Below, one piece after another: positions 44,337 to 59,748 of a stretch of DNA of 64,000 bases (positions within the stretch are counted from its first letter, which is position 1; every line of letters begins with the position of its first letter). The stretch comes from Eledone cirrhosa (lineage: Eukaryota), in NCBI GenBank assembly GCA_964016885.1, contig OZ024741.1, forward strand, positions 210,056,001 to 210,120,000, given 5' to 3'. The translations under genes and the position numbers were made by a program. A model generated the notes under the pieces. The model was not told the DNA's origin. It did not search any database and was given only the letters and a program-made list of their open reading frames with translations.

Positions 44337-44462
44337 AATAAGTTAAAGACTTCGTTGATATGTAATGAACTGAGTTATATTCATAACAGATACGAAGTAC
44401 TCTTAAGTGATATGTTAAGATCACTCTTGTGAGTATATCAAACATTTTATACATCTCATGTT

Positions 44463-44541
44463 GTATTTTATATGAAGAAGGCATGCTCTAATTTATGTTA
44501 AACATAAATTTTTGCATCCCCGAAATATATATAATGACATA
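44463..44541 (+). ncRNA. Decayed family-A-like hammerhead
   Basis: ATGAAGA AGGCATGC..AATTTATG-TTAAA-CATAAATT..GCATCCCC GAAA TATATA TA ATGACATA. Confidence 0.55.
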
Positions 44542-44596
44542 AATAGTGAAGTTATAAAGTTATTATATCTTTCGTTTATTACTATTATCACCTTGA

Positions 44597-44719
44597 TCAC
44601 CTTGACCGACCAGTCTGCCGAGCGTCATTCGGCACTGCTGGTCCTCTGGTCACAGCAATCACCTTGACCGACCAGTCTGCCGAGCGCCATTCGGCGCTGC
44701 TGGTCCTCTGGTCACAGCA
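44597..44719. repeat. ~62-bp tandem duplication
   Basis: ATCACCTTGACCGACCAGTCTGCCGAGCG..TGGTCACAGCA twice. Confidence 0.85.
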
Positions 44720-44778
44720 CGTGCTATTTTAGCCATACGATGACGCCATCCCACTGGCTGGGCGGGCAGGCTGATTAC

Positions 44779-44860
<82 letters not shown>

Positions 44861-44945
44861 TTGTGGTAAGGAACCAGCTGGACCATAAGGCACCAGAAAT
44901 AGCCGTCGAAGCGGCCTCAGCTCTGCTGTCGGGGTCATACTTTTT

Positions 44946-45022
<77 letters not shown>

Positions 45023-45174
45023 TGTGTATATATGTATGTTCTTCTGGTTTTATAATTTCATAAATTTGTATGTATGTATGTATATATATAGAGAGAGGGA
45101 GAGAGAGGGAGAAAGTGGGGGAGACAGTAGGGAGAGAGAGAGAGGAAGAAAGAAAGAGGTTGTGTGTGTGTGAG

Positions 45175-45293
<119 letters not shown>

Positions 45294-45589
45294 CTGGCGC
45301 TCTCGAAACTATGATAAATGCCACATAAAAGGGTCGAACCCAGTATCTTATGGTTAAAGGAACATATGTTCGTTTTATTCTTCTATTCTGTTAGCTAGGA
45401 CACGCATATCTCTAGCAAACCATCTGTACACTTAGATTTTGTTGGCAACACGGCAGAGATGGCTTTGTCCTGTCAATTTCAATTAGGCCACACAACATAC
45501 ACACACACACACACATACATACATACACATGTACATATACACATACATACACATACATACATACACATACATACACATACAAACACAGA

Positions 45590-46900
45590 CACACACATGT
45601 ACACATGGGAATATATACACATACATACACATACATACATACATACACATACAAACACATACAAACACAGACACATGTACTTATGGGAATATATACACAT
45701 ACATACACACACACAGACATATACATACATACATACACATACAAACACACACACATGTACATATGGGAATATATACACATACATACACATACATACACAT
45801 ACAAACACAGACACATGTACTTATGGGAATATATACACATACATACACACACACAGACATATACATACATACATACACATACAAACACAGACACATGTAC
45901 ATATGGGAATATATACACATACATACACATACATACACATACAAACACAGACACATGTACATATGGGAATGTATACACATACATACACATACATACATAC
46001 ATATACATACATACACATACATACACGTACAAACACAGACACATGTACATATGGGAATGCATACACATACATACACATACAAACAAAGACACATGTACAT
46101 ATGGGAATATATACACATACATACACATACAAACACAGACACATGTACATATAGGAATATATACACATATATACACATACATACACATACAAACACAGAA
46201 ACATGTACATATGGGAATATATACACATACATACACACACACAGACATATACATACATACACATACAAACACAGACACATGTACATATGGGAATATATAC
46301 ACATACATACATACACATACATACACATACAAACACAGATACATGTACATATGGGAATATATACACATACATACACACACAGACATACACATACATACCC
46401 ATACACATGTACATATATAAATATATACACATACATATATACACATACAATCACACACATACCCAGACACATGTACATATGGGAATATATACACATACAC
46501 ACACAGACATACACATACAAACACATACACATGTACATATGGGAATATATACACATACATACACACAGACATACACATATATACACATACAAACACATAC
46601 ACATTTATGAATATATGCACATACATACACACACACAGACATATACATACTCAGACACACAGACATATATGAATATATGCGCATACATACATACACACAC
46701 AGACATATACATACCCAGACACATGTACATATATAAATATATGCGCATACATACACACACATACACATATACAGACATATACATACGTACAAACACACAT
46801 ACACACACACACAGACATATACATACATACCCAGACACATAGACATATATGAATATATACGCATACATACATACGGACATACACATACATCCAAACACAC
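45590..46900. repeat. CA-rich minisatellite with ACATGTACATATGGGAATAT core, ~50-70-bp units
   Basis: Direct reading. Confidence 0.9.
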
Positions 46901-47386
46901 ACACGCAAACACACATGCACTCAAACACATCCTCTCACTCTCTCTCACACACACATACATACACATACATACATATACACACACACACACATCTATATAA
47001 ATACACACATACACACATATACAAATACACACATATATAGACAGACAGACACACACACACAAACACACACGCAAACACACAATCGTACACAAACATATTC
47101 CTCTCACTCTCTCACACACACAGTGAAACACATACGCGCAGACACACATACACTCATACACACACACACAAACGCACGCAAACGTACACATACATACTTA
47201 CACTCACGCACGCAGACACTCGCACACACACACATACACACTGCACAGTGATACATATTGACACACACAACCGTGTATACATGTATGTACACACAATCCA
47301 CTTGAAGTTCATTTGTTGTTGTTGTTCTTCTTGTTCTTATTCTTCTACAAACCAGAACAGCAACAACAACAACATTGTACCAAAGG

Positions 47387-47488
<102 letters not shown>

Positions 47489-47553
47489 ACTCATGCAGAC
47501 ACACCCACATATACAGTCATGTAGACACACACACATACACTTCAGCACATACA

Positions 47554-48500
47554 GTGATGGTGATGGTGGTGGTGGTGGTGGTGGTGGTGGTGGTGATGGT
47601 GGTGGTGGTGGTGGTGATGGTGGCGGTGGTGGTGGTGGTGGTGGTGATGGTGGTGGTGGTGGTGATGGTGATGGTGGTGATGATGGTGGTGGTGGTGGTG
47701 GTGGTGGTGGTGATGGTGGTGGTGGTGGTGGTGGTGGTGGTGGTGGTGGTGGTGGTGGTGATGGTGGTGGTGGTGGTGGTGGTGGTAGTGGTGGTGGTGG
47801 TGGTGGTGGTGGTGGTGGTGATGGTGGTGGTGGTGGTGGTGGTGGTGGTGATGGTGGTGGTGATGGTGATGGTGGTGGTGATGGTGGTGGTGGTGGTGGT
47901 GGTGATGGTGGTGGTGGTGGTGGTGGTGGTGGTGGTGGTGGTGGTGGTGGTGGTGGTGGTGGTGGTGGTGGTGGTGGTGGTGGTGGTGGTGGTGGTGGTG
48001 GTGGTGGTGGTGGTGGTGGTGGTGGTGGTGGTGGTTGTGGTGATGGTGGTGGTGGTGATGGTGGTGGTGGTGGTGGTGGTGGTGGTAGTGGTGGTGGTGG
48101 TGATGGTGGTGGTGGTGGTGGTGGTGATGGTGGTGGTGGTGATGGTGGTGGTGGTGGTGGTGGTGGTGATGGTGGTGGTGGTGGTGGTGGTGGTAGTGGT
48201 GGTGGTGGTGGTGGTGGTGGTTGTGGTGGTGGTGGTGGTGGTAGTGGTGGTGGTGGTGGTGGTAGTGGTGGTGGTGAAGGTGGTGGTGATGGTGGTGGTG
48301 GTGGTGGTAGTAGTGGTGGTGGTAGTGGTGGTGGTGGTGATTGTGGTGGTGGGGGTAGTGGTGGTGGTGATGGTGGTGGTGGTGATTGTGGTGGTGGGGG
48401 TAGTGGTGGTGGTGATGGTGGTGGTGGTGATTGTGGTGGTGGGGGTAGTGGTGGTGGTGATGGTGGTGGGGGTAGTGGTGGTGGTGATGGTGGTGGTGTG
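47554..48500. repeat. (GGT)n microsatellite
   Basis: Direct reading. Confidence 0.95.
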
Positions 48501-48539
48501 GGCTTAAAAGGCCATCTTAATCACTATTATTAATTACAA

Positions 48540-48713
48540 CAAAATGAAGACATTTTGTAAATCACGGATAAAATAAGTTGTCTCCCCCCACCCACTAAAC
48601 TGATTATTCTTGCATGTCATTAAGGCGTGGAGGAGGAGGGAGTTAACTCCCCCTTTCTGTTTCTTCCTCAGACCAGCGCCCCCTTACCCACAATCCCATC
48701 TTAACCACCACCT

Positions 48714-48764
<51 letters not shown>

Positions 48765-49380
48765 CGTTCATTTTACTAAACTTCTAGCAAGAGGTTTTCT
48801 CCCCCTAAAATTACTATTCCGCCATATCATTAAGGGATGGGTTAGGGGTAAGTGGTAGGGGTCACTAACCCCACCCAAAGACCCGTGTTTTCAACAACAA
48901 ACCCATCATACCTACATGCTACATCCATACATCGTTTTACTAATGCTTTTACCAAAGGTTTCTTCCCACGAAACTAACTGACTATTCCACCAAGCCATTA
49001 AGATGGCGGGGATAGTGGGGTGGTGGTGGGGGTGATATGTGTGGGGGAGATATGTGGAGTGGTGCTGAGTAGTGGTCATTCCCATCTTTTGTTTCTTCCA
49101 CAGACCAGAGCACTCACCATCAAACCCACCCTAACCATCTGCTACTTACATCTGTCATTTTACTAACGTTATTAACAAAGTCCTCCTATCCCTAAACTGA
49201 TTATTCCGCCATGTTATTAAATGAGTGTGGAGTAGGAGGAGGTTATCTCCCCTCTTTCTATTTTTCTTCCACAGACCAGAGCGTTCAGCAACAAACCCAT
49301 CCTACCCACTACCTACTTCAATATACCTCATTTTAGTAAGGTTCTTACGGAAGGCTTGTTCTAATCCCTAAGCTAACCGT
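48540..49380. repeat. Degenerate ~170-220-bp tandem repeat
   Basis: Recurring CATTTTACTAA..TAAACTGATTATTCCGCCAT..CACAGACCAGAGC blocks near 48596, 48808, 48976 and 49193. Confidence 0.6.
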
Positions 49381-50489
49381 TTCACCCCTGTTGTCCTGCT
49401 ATAGCATACACAACATGGAACTAATCTATTTAGAATAAACACGTAAATACATTCCTTCTCCTCCTCCTTCACTGTCTCTCACGTTGGACCAGATGATCTT
49501 TGCCGGTTTTAAACTTTTACAATTTACCTCATCTTGTTTTATGTGCCACACTTTTCCTCTGCACTAGTTGCAGCCATGTTCATGCCTTTGTTTGTGTATT
49601 ATGTGCGCGCCATTGTGGTCGTGTGTTCTAGCGTGTGTGCTCATAAATGTGTGGACTGTGTGTATATATATATATGTATGTGGTGTTCATGCGTTTGTTT
49701 ATGTTTATGCAAGTGTGTGTGTGTGTGTGTGTGTCTGTACTGGGGTTGATTCTTCCTCTATATATATCTTTCTTATTTCTTTTCTCTCACTCTCTATCCG
49801 TCTCTGGAAGAAATCTGCTGTATTCAGGCCTGAAGAGGAGATGGGCTCTGCCAGGTTTTAAAAAAAATATGTCCTAGAAACGCCGAATCTCAATATGGTG
49901 ACTCAATACAACTGACTCGGGTCCATAATACGCATATATCCGTGTAAATAGGACTATATTTATACAGACGTAATTTCTGACACACTTACACACACACAAA
50001 CACAGACACGGACACACACATACAAACAAAGAAACACACATACACACACAAATACTTCCCACGCATACACAAATATTCCCAACACATATATGAGAGGCAG
50101 TATATTTGCTAGACGAAATATTTTCACAATAAGCCAACAAACGAATATTCCCTAGTTATTTCAATAGTTGATATTGATAACCCTCTGATAACCGTTAAAC
50201 TTAATTTGAACTTTTGTAATCTCCAACCAATGGACGGATGAACTACAAGACTTAATTCTAATATTGCCTGAAAATATATTCAATAATTTCATATTTATCA
50301 AGAATATTAACAGCAGAGTAGCTTCCATTTCACGTAAAGTTTATATCCTAACAACGGTTTAGTATATTTCAATACACATTATTACAACTAGTACATAACC
50401 CGTGGATCTATCTATCTATTTTATTTTATTTTAATATATAGTTTATTTTAATTCATTAATGTTAAAATTTACACAACTTTAATGTAAAA

Positions 50490-50905
50490 CCTCCACCGTC
50501 ACGTCTCGTAATGTTTCATTTCTTGTGCGCCCTTATGGCAAAAAAAGAAACATATCTATCTATCTATCAAGTTTTATGAAAGGTGGGTGAAAGTGGCGAG
50601 AATGGCCCGAGTGAATGGGCCTTCTCTCTATATCAGCCTGTAGGTTGAGGAAAAAGAGGAAGAGAGGAAAGGGGTACAAACTCTTCGTACTCCTGGAGAT
50701 GAGGGTTACACATTTTTTTTCGGGGGTATGTGTTACCCATATGAAATGTCTCCCCCTATTGGGGAGAAGAGATTAATTTTTAAATTACATTTGTGATAGC
50801 ATTTTACACGTTTTTATTGTATGTAAACTTCCCCCTTTGTATTTGTCCCCTTCTTTTGTGCCCCTGTGGCTAATAAAGAAACATATCTATCTATCTATCT
50901 CTCTA
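50490..50905 (+). mobile_element. Two stacked 3'-end fragments of Tx1-type elements, each with an (ATCT)n tail
   Basis: GCCCTTATGGCAAAAAAAGAAACATATCTATC (~50530-50568); ERWVKVARMARVNGPSL-coding end and GCCCCTGTGGCTAATAAAGAAACATATCTATC (~50570-50900). Confidence 0.85.
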
Positions 50906-53900
50906 TCTGCCTGACGCGTGGAACATCGCCGGTAAGAATTTTTGTAAATTTATATACGAAAAACAGAACAAATTGTTTGAAAAAACATTATTTTGTAGAT
51001 TAACCCCCAAGCTGAATTGTCAGCTGGGTGGTAATCCCATTTTTCGCCCCTTTAGGGGCTAACATTTAATTAAAAAATTGTTTTAAAATATCAAATTTTG
51101 CCAACTATAAAACATGAATAACACGACAAGAACGTTAGAGAACGTCGACAGAGAAAAGAGAGAGAAAGAGGCAGATTTTAACGTTATATCTGCTTCTGCT
51201 ACTATGGACGTCGCCATAGATACGACTGTCAACAGAGAGAAAAAAATGCCACTTGAAGATTTTAAAATTTCTACCATCGAAGCGGAGAAAAGTAACAATA
51301 GCACACAGGAAAACAGGAATTAAACCCATTAACATACATACACACGAAAAAGACATCAACAACTCCACAGATACACCTACACACAAAGTTTCACCTCGTC
51401 AAGGAATTGAGATTTCCAACACCGAGGCTAACAACGATAACAACAACAAGAACAGCAACACCACATACAAAAAAAAATGTCTTTCGCTGAAACAGTGAAC
51501 AAAAAACAAGATTTTATAAATCTTGACATCTCCAATGCAAGAGATATGCTCCAGCAAGGGAGAAAATTTGTAACTTTCGAAGAGAAGGGTGTTAACTTAC
51601 CCCTCGAAATAAAAGAGGAGACAGTTCGAAGGACAGTGACCTTCAGGACTGTATCCAATACCACGAGAAAGCCGATATTTGTTAGTCAAGCAGATATAGA
51701 AGCAACCTTCAAGGAAATTCTAGCAAATGTCGACTTTCTCCAACGAGGAAAACAGTACGGAATTGTTTCCGTCTATTCGACAAAGGTGGGCGGGTACTGA
51801 TTTGGAGATTCTGTTGCAAATGGGGCCGGAGAGAATCTCCAAAATACCCGAAAAAGTCGTCATCGACGACAACAACAAAATAAACATTTCGGTAGAAGGA
51901 CGAAAATTTCATTGATTTCGCTGTGGTAGCACAGCACACCTAAAAGACTCCTGTCCTTCACAAACACACCACAACAACATCATTAAAAAAACACTATTAC
52001 CAACACCAAAACAACCACCACCACCACAAGTACAACAACAGACGAAACGAGCAACCACACCAAAACAAACAGACACTCAACCAACAACAACAGAAAAAAC
52101 AGAGACAACACCCGTGAAGAACACAGCCCCACCCCATCCCACTCCATCAAACACTACCACAAACACACACACCGAAACACCACCACCACACAACATGCCC
52201 CTAGCCCACACTCCTGACGATGATTATTATTCGACGGATGAAGCTGCTTCTTCTTTAAGTGAAGAAGAAGGAGAGCCGCGGAAATCTAAAAAACAAAAAA
52301 AGAGACACCACAAAACCCCCAAAACTCCAATCACCAATACCAACACACAACCACAGACACAAACAAAAACACAAACAACACCACAGTCAAACATCCCACT
52401 ACCAGCAAAACCAACACCAACACCACCCCAAACACAAGCCCCAACCATAAAAAGAAAACTCCCGGACGAACAACAAACTAAAACAACACAACAAAAACAC
52501 AAACAACAATACGCATACATCAACACAAACAACAAGAGTTTGATGGAGGTCATCTCACAAATCCCCAAGGTGGAGACGGAGGGCAAAACTTTCGTCAAGG
52601 CAGAATCGTCTCCACACCTTAAACTTATAAGGGTTTCTATGGAAACCTATAATGACCTGAAAAATAAATTTTCACAGGATGTGGGAAACCCCTGCCAGAA
52701 ACCCATCAACCGTGTCCTGTTAAAATTTTCCATACCCCACCCAACATCCCATCCAGCACCCAAATGGAGATTGAACAACCCGATCTCCAGGAAACGAAAA
52801 GGTAAGTGGACCTTTCGTCCTTTTTCTCCAACTCTTCTTCACCAATATGGCTAGTTTACAAGTTGGAAGCGTGAATGTGCGTGGCCTAGCGATGCCCTGG
52901 AAACAGGGCCAACTTTTAAACGACCTTAGGTCACACGGTATGGATGTGATAGCCATCACCGAGTCCAGGATCCACAACAGGCAGCAACTAACCCCCATCT
53001 TCGACGACTTTGAGATCTACACATCTCTCTGTCAGACAGGAGGTGGAGGGGGAGTGGCTGTCATGTTTCGGAAGAACCTGGACGTCGAAGTACAGCAAGT
53101 ACACTTGGACCCGGAGGGTAGACTGGTAATCCTAGACGTGAACAGTATTGGAGGTGGAGCCTTCAGACTGGTGGCCGTTTATGCCCCGACCGGGCAATCG
53201 CAATCATGGCCAGACTTCTTTAAGCGTCTGGAGTCTTTTCTGGGAACGTCTCGCTCCTTACTTTTAATGGGGGCCTGGAATAGTATCCTAGATGCACGAT
53301 GGGACTATGTGGGAGCATGTCCAAGTAGAGGGGGTGCAACAGCCTCAAAACTTTAATCGGCCAATTCCAACTGGCCGATAGGTATCGACTGGATTTCCCA
53401 ACTGCACCACAGTGGATGTGGGCAAACCGCAGCGGGACATCTAGATCGTATTTAGATAGGTTCTTCGTTAGAGAAAGGGACAAGGAGATGTTAAGCTGTC
53501 CACGAATGCACACGGTCGCCTATTCAGATCACAAATTAGTCGTCTGCATAGTCAACCGTGATAGAAGACATAGACAAGGACCCGGATACTGGAAGCTCAA
53601 CGTATCGTTGCCGGCACGTAAAGCTTACAGTGAACGGATAAGTAGACTAGTCAAGCAACAGTTAACGGGAGCCATCGTCAACAATAAATGGTGGTACTCT
53701 CAAGAAAGCAATTAGAATAGAATCGATAAGATTTAGCAGAGAGTTAGCCTTAGAGAAAAACAAAATAGAAAGAGAACTTGTAGCCAAGGTAGAGGAGGCA
53801 CTTAGAAGTGGCAACGCGGATAGAGTGTTAGCGTCGAGAACGGCACTGTACCAGTTCTTCGATGCGAAACACCAAGGCTGCGTGGTCAGAAGCAAAACAC

Positions 53901-56525
53901 GTGCTCTAGGAAACGAAGGAGCGAAAGTAACAAGTCCACGATTCGGTCTTTCAAAGACCAAAACAGACGCGTGCTACTTGACTCCAAGCAAATGTGCGCG
54001 GCCTTTCAGCAGCACTTTGCGCGACTGTTTGAGCAGAACGACGGTGAGCCGAACGGGGCAATGGACTTTAGTTCATACCTCGACGGCCTGCCGCGTCTCT
54101 CAAACACGGACGCCGAGTTCTGCGAAAGACCGATCACGGACACTGAGATACGGGACGCTCTGGGCCGCTGCGGGAAACGCAAGTCACCCGGTCTAGATGG
54201 TCTACCCTATGAGTTTTACACAGGCATGCCGGACTTGTTCTCTGGCGTCCTCGAAGCCGTCTACTGCAATTGGCAGCAGAACGGGAGAATTCCCAGTTCT
54301 GCAGGCAATGGCGTAGTAACGCTGATCAGGAAAGACGAGAACAAGGGGGACGAAATTAATAACTTCAGGCCCATAACTCTGCTCAACACGTAGTTAAAGA
54401 TTTTGGCCAAGGTGCTAGCGATGAGGTTGGCGCTTGTCGTCGAGGACATGGTAAGGAAAGCGCAAACGTGTGCAATCCCGACCAGGTCCAAACACGACAA
54501 CCTCCACCTCATGCGATACATCATAAAGAGGGTGGGTAGTAAACCCGACTTCGGTGGGGCTCTGATCAATTTGGATCAGTCTAAGGCATTCGATAGGGTC
54601 GACCATCGATACTTGGAAGCGATTCTCAAGGCGGCCGGTTTCAGTCCCGTTTTCAGAGGCTGGATCGAGGCGATGCACACCAGCATCTGCTCGAGGGTCA
54701 AGGTGAACGGATACCTATCGGAGCCGTTCGCAATCACGCGTTCCGGCGACGGGGGTGCCCTCTCACCTCCATTCTGTATGTATTGACTCTAGAGCCACTA
54801 CTGCGGGAATTGGAGCTGTTGCAGGGCATCCCTCTAAAACAGGGACTGCGCAAAGCGGCGTCGGCTTATGCCGATGACGTGACAGTAATGGTGTCGAGCA
54901 CCTCGGAAATCGGGGTGATCGGCAACTTACTGAAAGAAAACGAAACGCTGACGGGAGCAAAACTAAACCCGGACAAGTCTGTCGGTTTGCAACTCGGTAC
55001 GTGGAGAGGCAAACCGATGACGTCCAACAGCGTCGTTGGACGCTGGACGGACGGACCGGTGAAATTGCTCGGGGTCTGGTTCGGTCCAGACCTCCAGGTG
55101 GAGAAAAACTGGAATGAGGTCCTGGTCAAGGTGTTTGCGCTCACCCAGAAGTGGGCAGAGTGCAAACTGTCCTTGAAAGGTCGAGCGGAGGTGGCGAACA
55201 CTTTCATAGCGTCCGTCATCTACTACCGCTTGACTGTCGTGCCTTGTCCCCGTGACCACCTCGCCAAGATGGAGCGATATGCTCTTTCAGTTTCTGTGGA
55301 AGAAGCAGGCTCCGCTGGTGAGGAGATCCGTCTGCTCTCAACACCCTTCCAACGGAGGGCTGGGAATGCCGTGGCTGATGATGCGTAAACATGCGCTGAG
55401 GCTGCGGCATCTCCAGGTATTCCTCACCGACCCCCAACCGGTGTGGGCACCGTTTGTGAGACAGGTTTTCCCGCAGCTCGTCTCGCTGACGGATCTGCAG
55501 TCCTGGGTCAAGTAAAGACCGAAAACGATGGGCGCCTGGCACATTGAATGCGCTCAGGCGCTCACAGTCCTCTGGCAAGCGGGCACAGCAATCAGTGGAG
55601 ACTCCACTTCGACATTCTATAGAGGGTTAGTACGTCACAAGGATGACGACGTGCTCGGAGAGACTCTGGGCGTCGAAGACGATGAACTCACCAGTCTGTT
55701 TGGTAGGACTTTCCACCCGGGACCTATGGACAACTTCCAGAAGTCCCTGGCCTGGCAGTGCTACCGAGGAGCTCTACCGGTTCGTGACAAGATCTACAGG
55801 CACGGACGCCCCTGCAGGGATCCTTCCAAGAGTACGTGCCAAGATGCGCGCAGGACATTGAAACCGTCCTGCACGCAATTTTACAATGCCCGGGCGTAAC
55901 CGACCTGTGGAACTATGCAGAACAACTGCTGTCGCGTATGGGACAAATCCAGTTGACTGCCGAAGCAGGATCAAACCGCCAGCCCCTTTCAGAAACGCCA
56001 GCCTCTTTCAAAAACGAAAGAGAGGTGGTTTTCCTCTGTACAGTGGCTATGGTGAAAGAAGTAATATAGTGGACGAGATTGAGAGGACTGAGGGCAGATG
56101 CCTTTCTCTCCGGACAACAAATGATTCCCTTCTTTAAGTATCACTTTAGAAGGAAATCAGAGTGGAGAGAGAGGCACTGCACCCCAGTTAATTTACTGAA
56201 AGGTGGGTGAATGAAGCGAAAATGGCGCGAGTGATTGGGCCTTTTCTCTTTATAAGCCTGTAGGTTAAAGAAGAGAGCAAAAGAAAGAAAGGAGCACTTG
56301 CACAACACGCTCCCGGAGTTGAGGGTTGTTCTATCGACGGGGTATTAAACAACCCATTTGTGGCGCTTCCCCTCTATTGGGGATTTCGATTGTTGTAATT
56401 GTTTGTTTTTATATTTTTTACACGACTGTATTTAAATCCCCGGCATGTCTTTGTATTGTCCCCTTTTCTTGTGCGCCCTTGTGGCAAATAAAGAAATCTA
56501 TCTATCTATCTATCTATCTATCTAT
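50906..56525 (+). mobile_element. Near full-length decayed L1/Tx1-type element (ORF1 ~51114-52854; ORF2 52847-~56263)
   Basis: APE (SVNVRGL, ITES, VYAP, SYLDRF, SDH), RT (KSPGLDG, NFRPITLLN, LDQSKAFD, AYADD), Cys-His C-terminus; many stops and frameshifts; AATAAAGAAAT(CTAT)n tail. Confidence 0.95.
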
Positions 56526-56623
56526 TCCATCTGTGATAACATTTTACACGTTTTTATTGTATGTAAACTTCCCCCTTTGTATTTGTCCCCTTCTTTTGTG
56601 CCCCTGTGGCTAATAAAGAAATA

Positions 56624-56686
<63 letters not shown>

Positions 56687-56807
56687 ATTTGTCTTTTAAT
56701 TCCATCTGTGATAACATTTTACACGTTTTTATTGTATGTAAACTTCCCCCTTTGTATTTGTCCCCTTCTTTTGTGCCCCTGTGGCTAATAAAGAAATATA
56801 TCTATAT
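56526..56807 (+). mobile_element. Two tandem ~110-bp Tx1 3'-UTR ends separated by (ATCT)n
   Basis: TCCATCTGTGATAACATTTTACACG...GGCTAATAAAGAAATATATCTAT at 56527 and 56701; similar to 50790-50900. Confidence 0.88.
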
Positions 56808-59748
56808 TTGTCTTTACCGGCAAAAGAGACTTACAGAAACCGGATTAGCAGATTAGTTAAGGAGGGGTTGACGGGTGCAATCGTCAACAACCGATGGTGG
56901 GCATCTCTCAAAAGAGAGATTAGAACAGAATCAATAAGATATAGCAAGATGTTAGCTGCCGATAGGAATAGAAACGAGAAAGAATTAACAGGTAAATTAG
57001 AAGAGGCAATCAAGAGCGAAGATGTGGCCAGAGTGCTGGCATCGAGGGCGGCCTTGAACCAGTTTTTCGATGCAAAGCACGAAGGCTGCGTCATTCGAAG
57101 TAAAATACGTGCTCTAGGTAATGAGGGGGCCAAAGCCGTTGGATGGGCCCGCGTGACAGAAGCTAAGAGTGGAAATCGATCCACCATCCGGTCGTTGCAA
57201 GACGAAGATGGACGGGTGATCCGGGAGCCTAAGCAGATGTGCGAGGCCTTTCAAAGGCACTTTGCCCGATTGTTCGTGGGAGGCGAGGGTCCGGGCGGGG
57301 GCGTGGATTTCGGTCCATACCTCGACGGCCTGCCGCGTCTCTCGAACGAAGAGGCAGAGTCCTGCGAGGGACCAATCTCGGCTGATGAGATCGGAGATGC
57401 GCTGAGCCAATGCAGCAGACACAAATCTCCAGGTCTCGATGGTATACCTTACGAACTTTATTTAGCAATGCCGGTCTTCTTCTCCGAACTCCTCGAAGCG
57501 GTCTACTGCAATTGGCAGCAGAACGGGAGAATTCCTTGTTCTGTAGCCAAGGGCGTAGTCACGCTGGTGAGGAAGGACGAGAACAAGGGGGATAGTATAA
57601 ATAATTTTCGGCCCATAACCCTGCTAAACACAGAGTTAAAGATTTTGGCCAAGGTGTTAGCAAAGAGGTTGGTGCTTGTCGTGGGTGGCCTGGTGGGAGA
57701 TGCGCAGACATGTGCTATCCCATCCAGGTCCATTCACGATAACCTCCACCTCATGCGATACATCATAGAGAGGGTTGGCAACAAACCCGGCTTCGGTGGG
57801 GCCCTGATCAACTTGGATCAGTCTAAGGCCTTCGATAGGGTCGACCATGGTTACCTGGATGCGGTGCTAGCGGCGGCTGGGTTCGGTCCTGTTTTCAGAG
57901 GCTGGATAACTGCCTTACATAGCAACCACATCTGTTCTAGGATCAAGGTGAACGGCTACCTTTCGAAGCCGTTCGAAATCACACGATCCATTCGACAGGG
58001 GTGCCCTCTCTCCTCCCTACTGTACGTATTGACTCTCGAGCCTTTACTGAGGAAGTTGGAGTTGTTGCAGGGTATCCCCCTGGAACCAGGATTGAGCAAA
58101 GCGGTGTCGGCCTACGCCGATGACGTAACAGTAATGGTATCGACCGACTCGGAGATCGAGGCGATCGGTACCTTACTGGAGGAGTACGAAAGGTTGTCAG
58201 GAGCGAAACTGACCGGGAAAAATCCATCGGGCTGCAACTCGGAACGTGGAGAGGCAGACCGATGCCTCCTGACGGTGTCGTCGGACACTGGACGGAGGGC
58301 CCGGTAAAGTTGCTTGGGGTCTGGTTTGGACCGGACCTCCAGGTGGAAAAGAACTGGAACGAGGTTACGAACAAGGTGTTTGCACTAACCCAGAAATGGG
58401 CCAAGTGTAAGCTGTCCCTAAAAGGCCGGGCGGAGGTGGCGAACATTTACATAGCGTCCGTCACTTACTACCGCCTGACTGTCGTGCCTTGCCCTGAGGA
58501 AACACTCACCACCATGGAACGCATGCTCTTCCAATTTCTTTGGAAGAAGCGCCCTCCTATGGTGAGAAGATCCATCTGCTGCCAACAACCTTCGAAAGGA
58601 GGGCTGGGGATGCCGTGGTTGATGATGCGTAGGCACGCATTAAGGCTACGGCACCTACAGGTATTCCTCACTGGTCAACCGGTGTGGGCTCCGTTCGTGA
58701 AACGAGCCTTTCCGAGACTCGTCTCGCTCACCGAGCTACAGTCCTGGGTCAAGCAAAGATCCGGAAAACTGGGAGACTGGCACACTGAGTGTGCTCAGGC
58801 GCTCAGGGCTCTCTGGCAAGCGGGCCGGGCCATCGGTGGAGAATCCACCTCATCATTCTATAGAGGGCTGGTGGCTAGCAGGGGTGATGACACCCTTGGA
58901 GAGTCGCTGGACATGGAAGAAGACGAACTGGCCAGCCTGTTCGGTAGGACTTTCGGCCCAGGACCAATGGACAACTTCCAGAAGTCACTGGCCTGGCAGT
59001 GCTACCGGGGAGCTCTACCCGTTCGAGAGAGGCTCTACAGACACGGGCGCCCGGGCAGGGATCCCTCAAAAAAGATTTGCCCTAGATGCGTGCGTCACGA
59101 AGAAACCGTAGCGCACGCATTGGTGCAATGTCCGGGCGTGGCTGATCTGTGGGGCTACGCCGAACAACTGCTGTCGCGGGTGGCGCCGATTAAATTGACC
59201 GCCGAGTCCGTGATGACAATCAAACCGCCTCCCCTCTTCACAAAGGAAGCAAAGGCGGTTTTTCTGTGCGTAATAGCCATGTTGAAAGAGGTTGTTTGGT
59301 GGACACGATTGAAAGGTCTGAGGTCAGGCAACTTCCTCTCTGGCCATAGTCTGGTCTACTTCTTCCGATATCACTTCGGAAGAAGGATAAGAATGGAGAG
59401 AGAGGTGCTTGGCCACAGGCAGTTTTATGAAAGGTGGGTGATAGTGGCGAGAATGGCTCGTGTAAATGGGCCTTCTCTGTATACCATCCTGTAGGTAAAG
59501 AAGTAAAGGAGAGGGGAGCACCTTCTCCATGTGCTCCCCGGGCAAAGGATTGCACACTTTTTCGGGGGTGTGTGCAACCCCCATCACGTCCCCTCCCTTT
59601 TGAGGTTATTTTCGATTATTTTCATGTTACACCCTTTTTACTCGATTATATGTAAACTCCCCCTTTGTATTTGTCCCTTCTTTTTATGCCTTTATGGTAA
59701 ATAAAGAAATCTATCTATCTATCTGTCTATCTATCTATCTATCTATCT
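56808..59748 (+). mobile_element. 5'-truncated young Tx1-type element; ORF2 to 59494 with one frameshift near 58215
   Basis: 508-aa and 410-aa ORFs join into RT (RQGCPLS, AYADD) plus C-terminal CPRC..ETVAHALVQC; (ATCT)n tail. Confidence 0.95.
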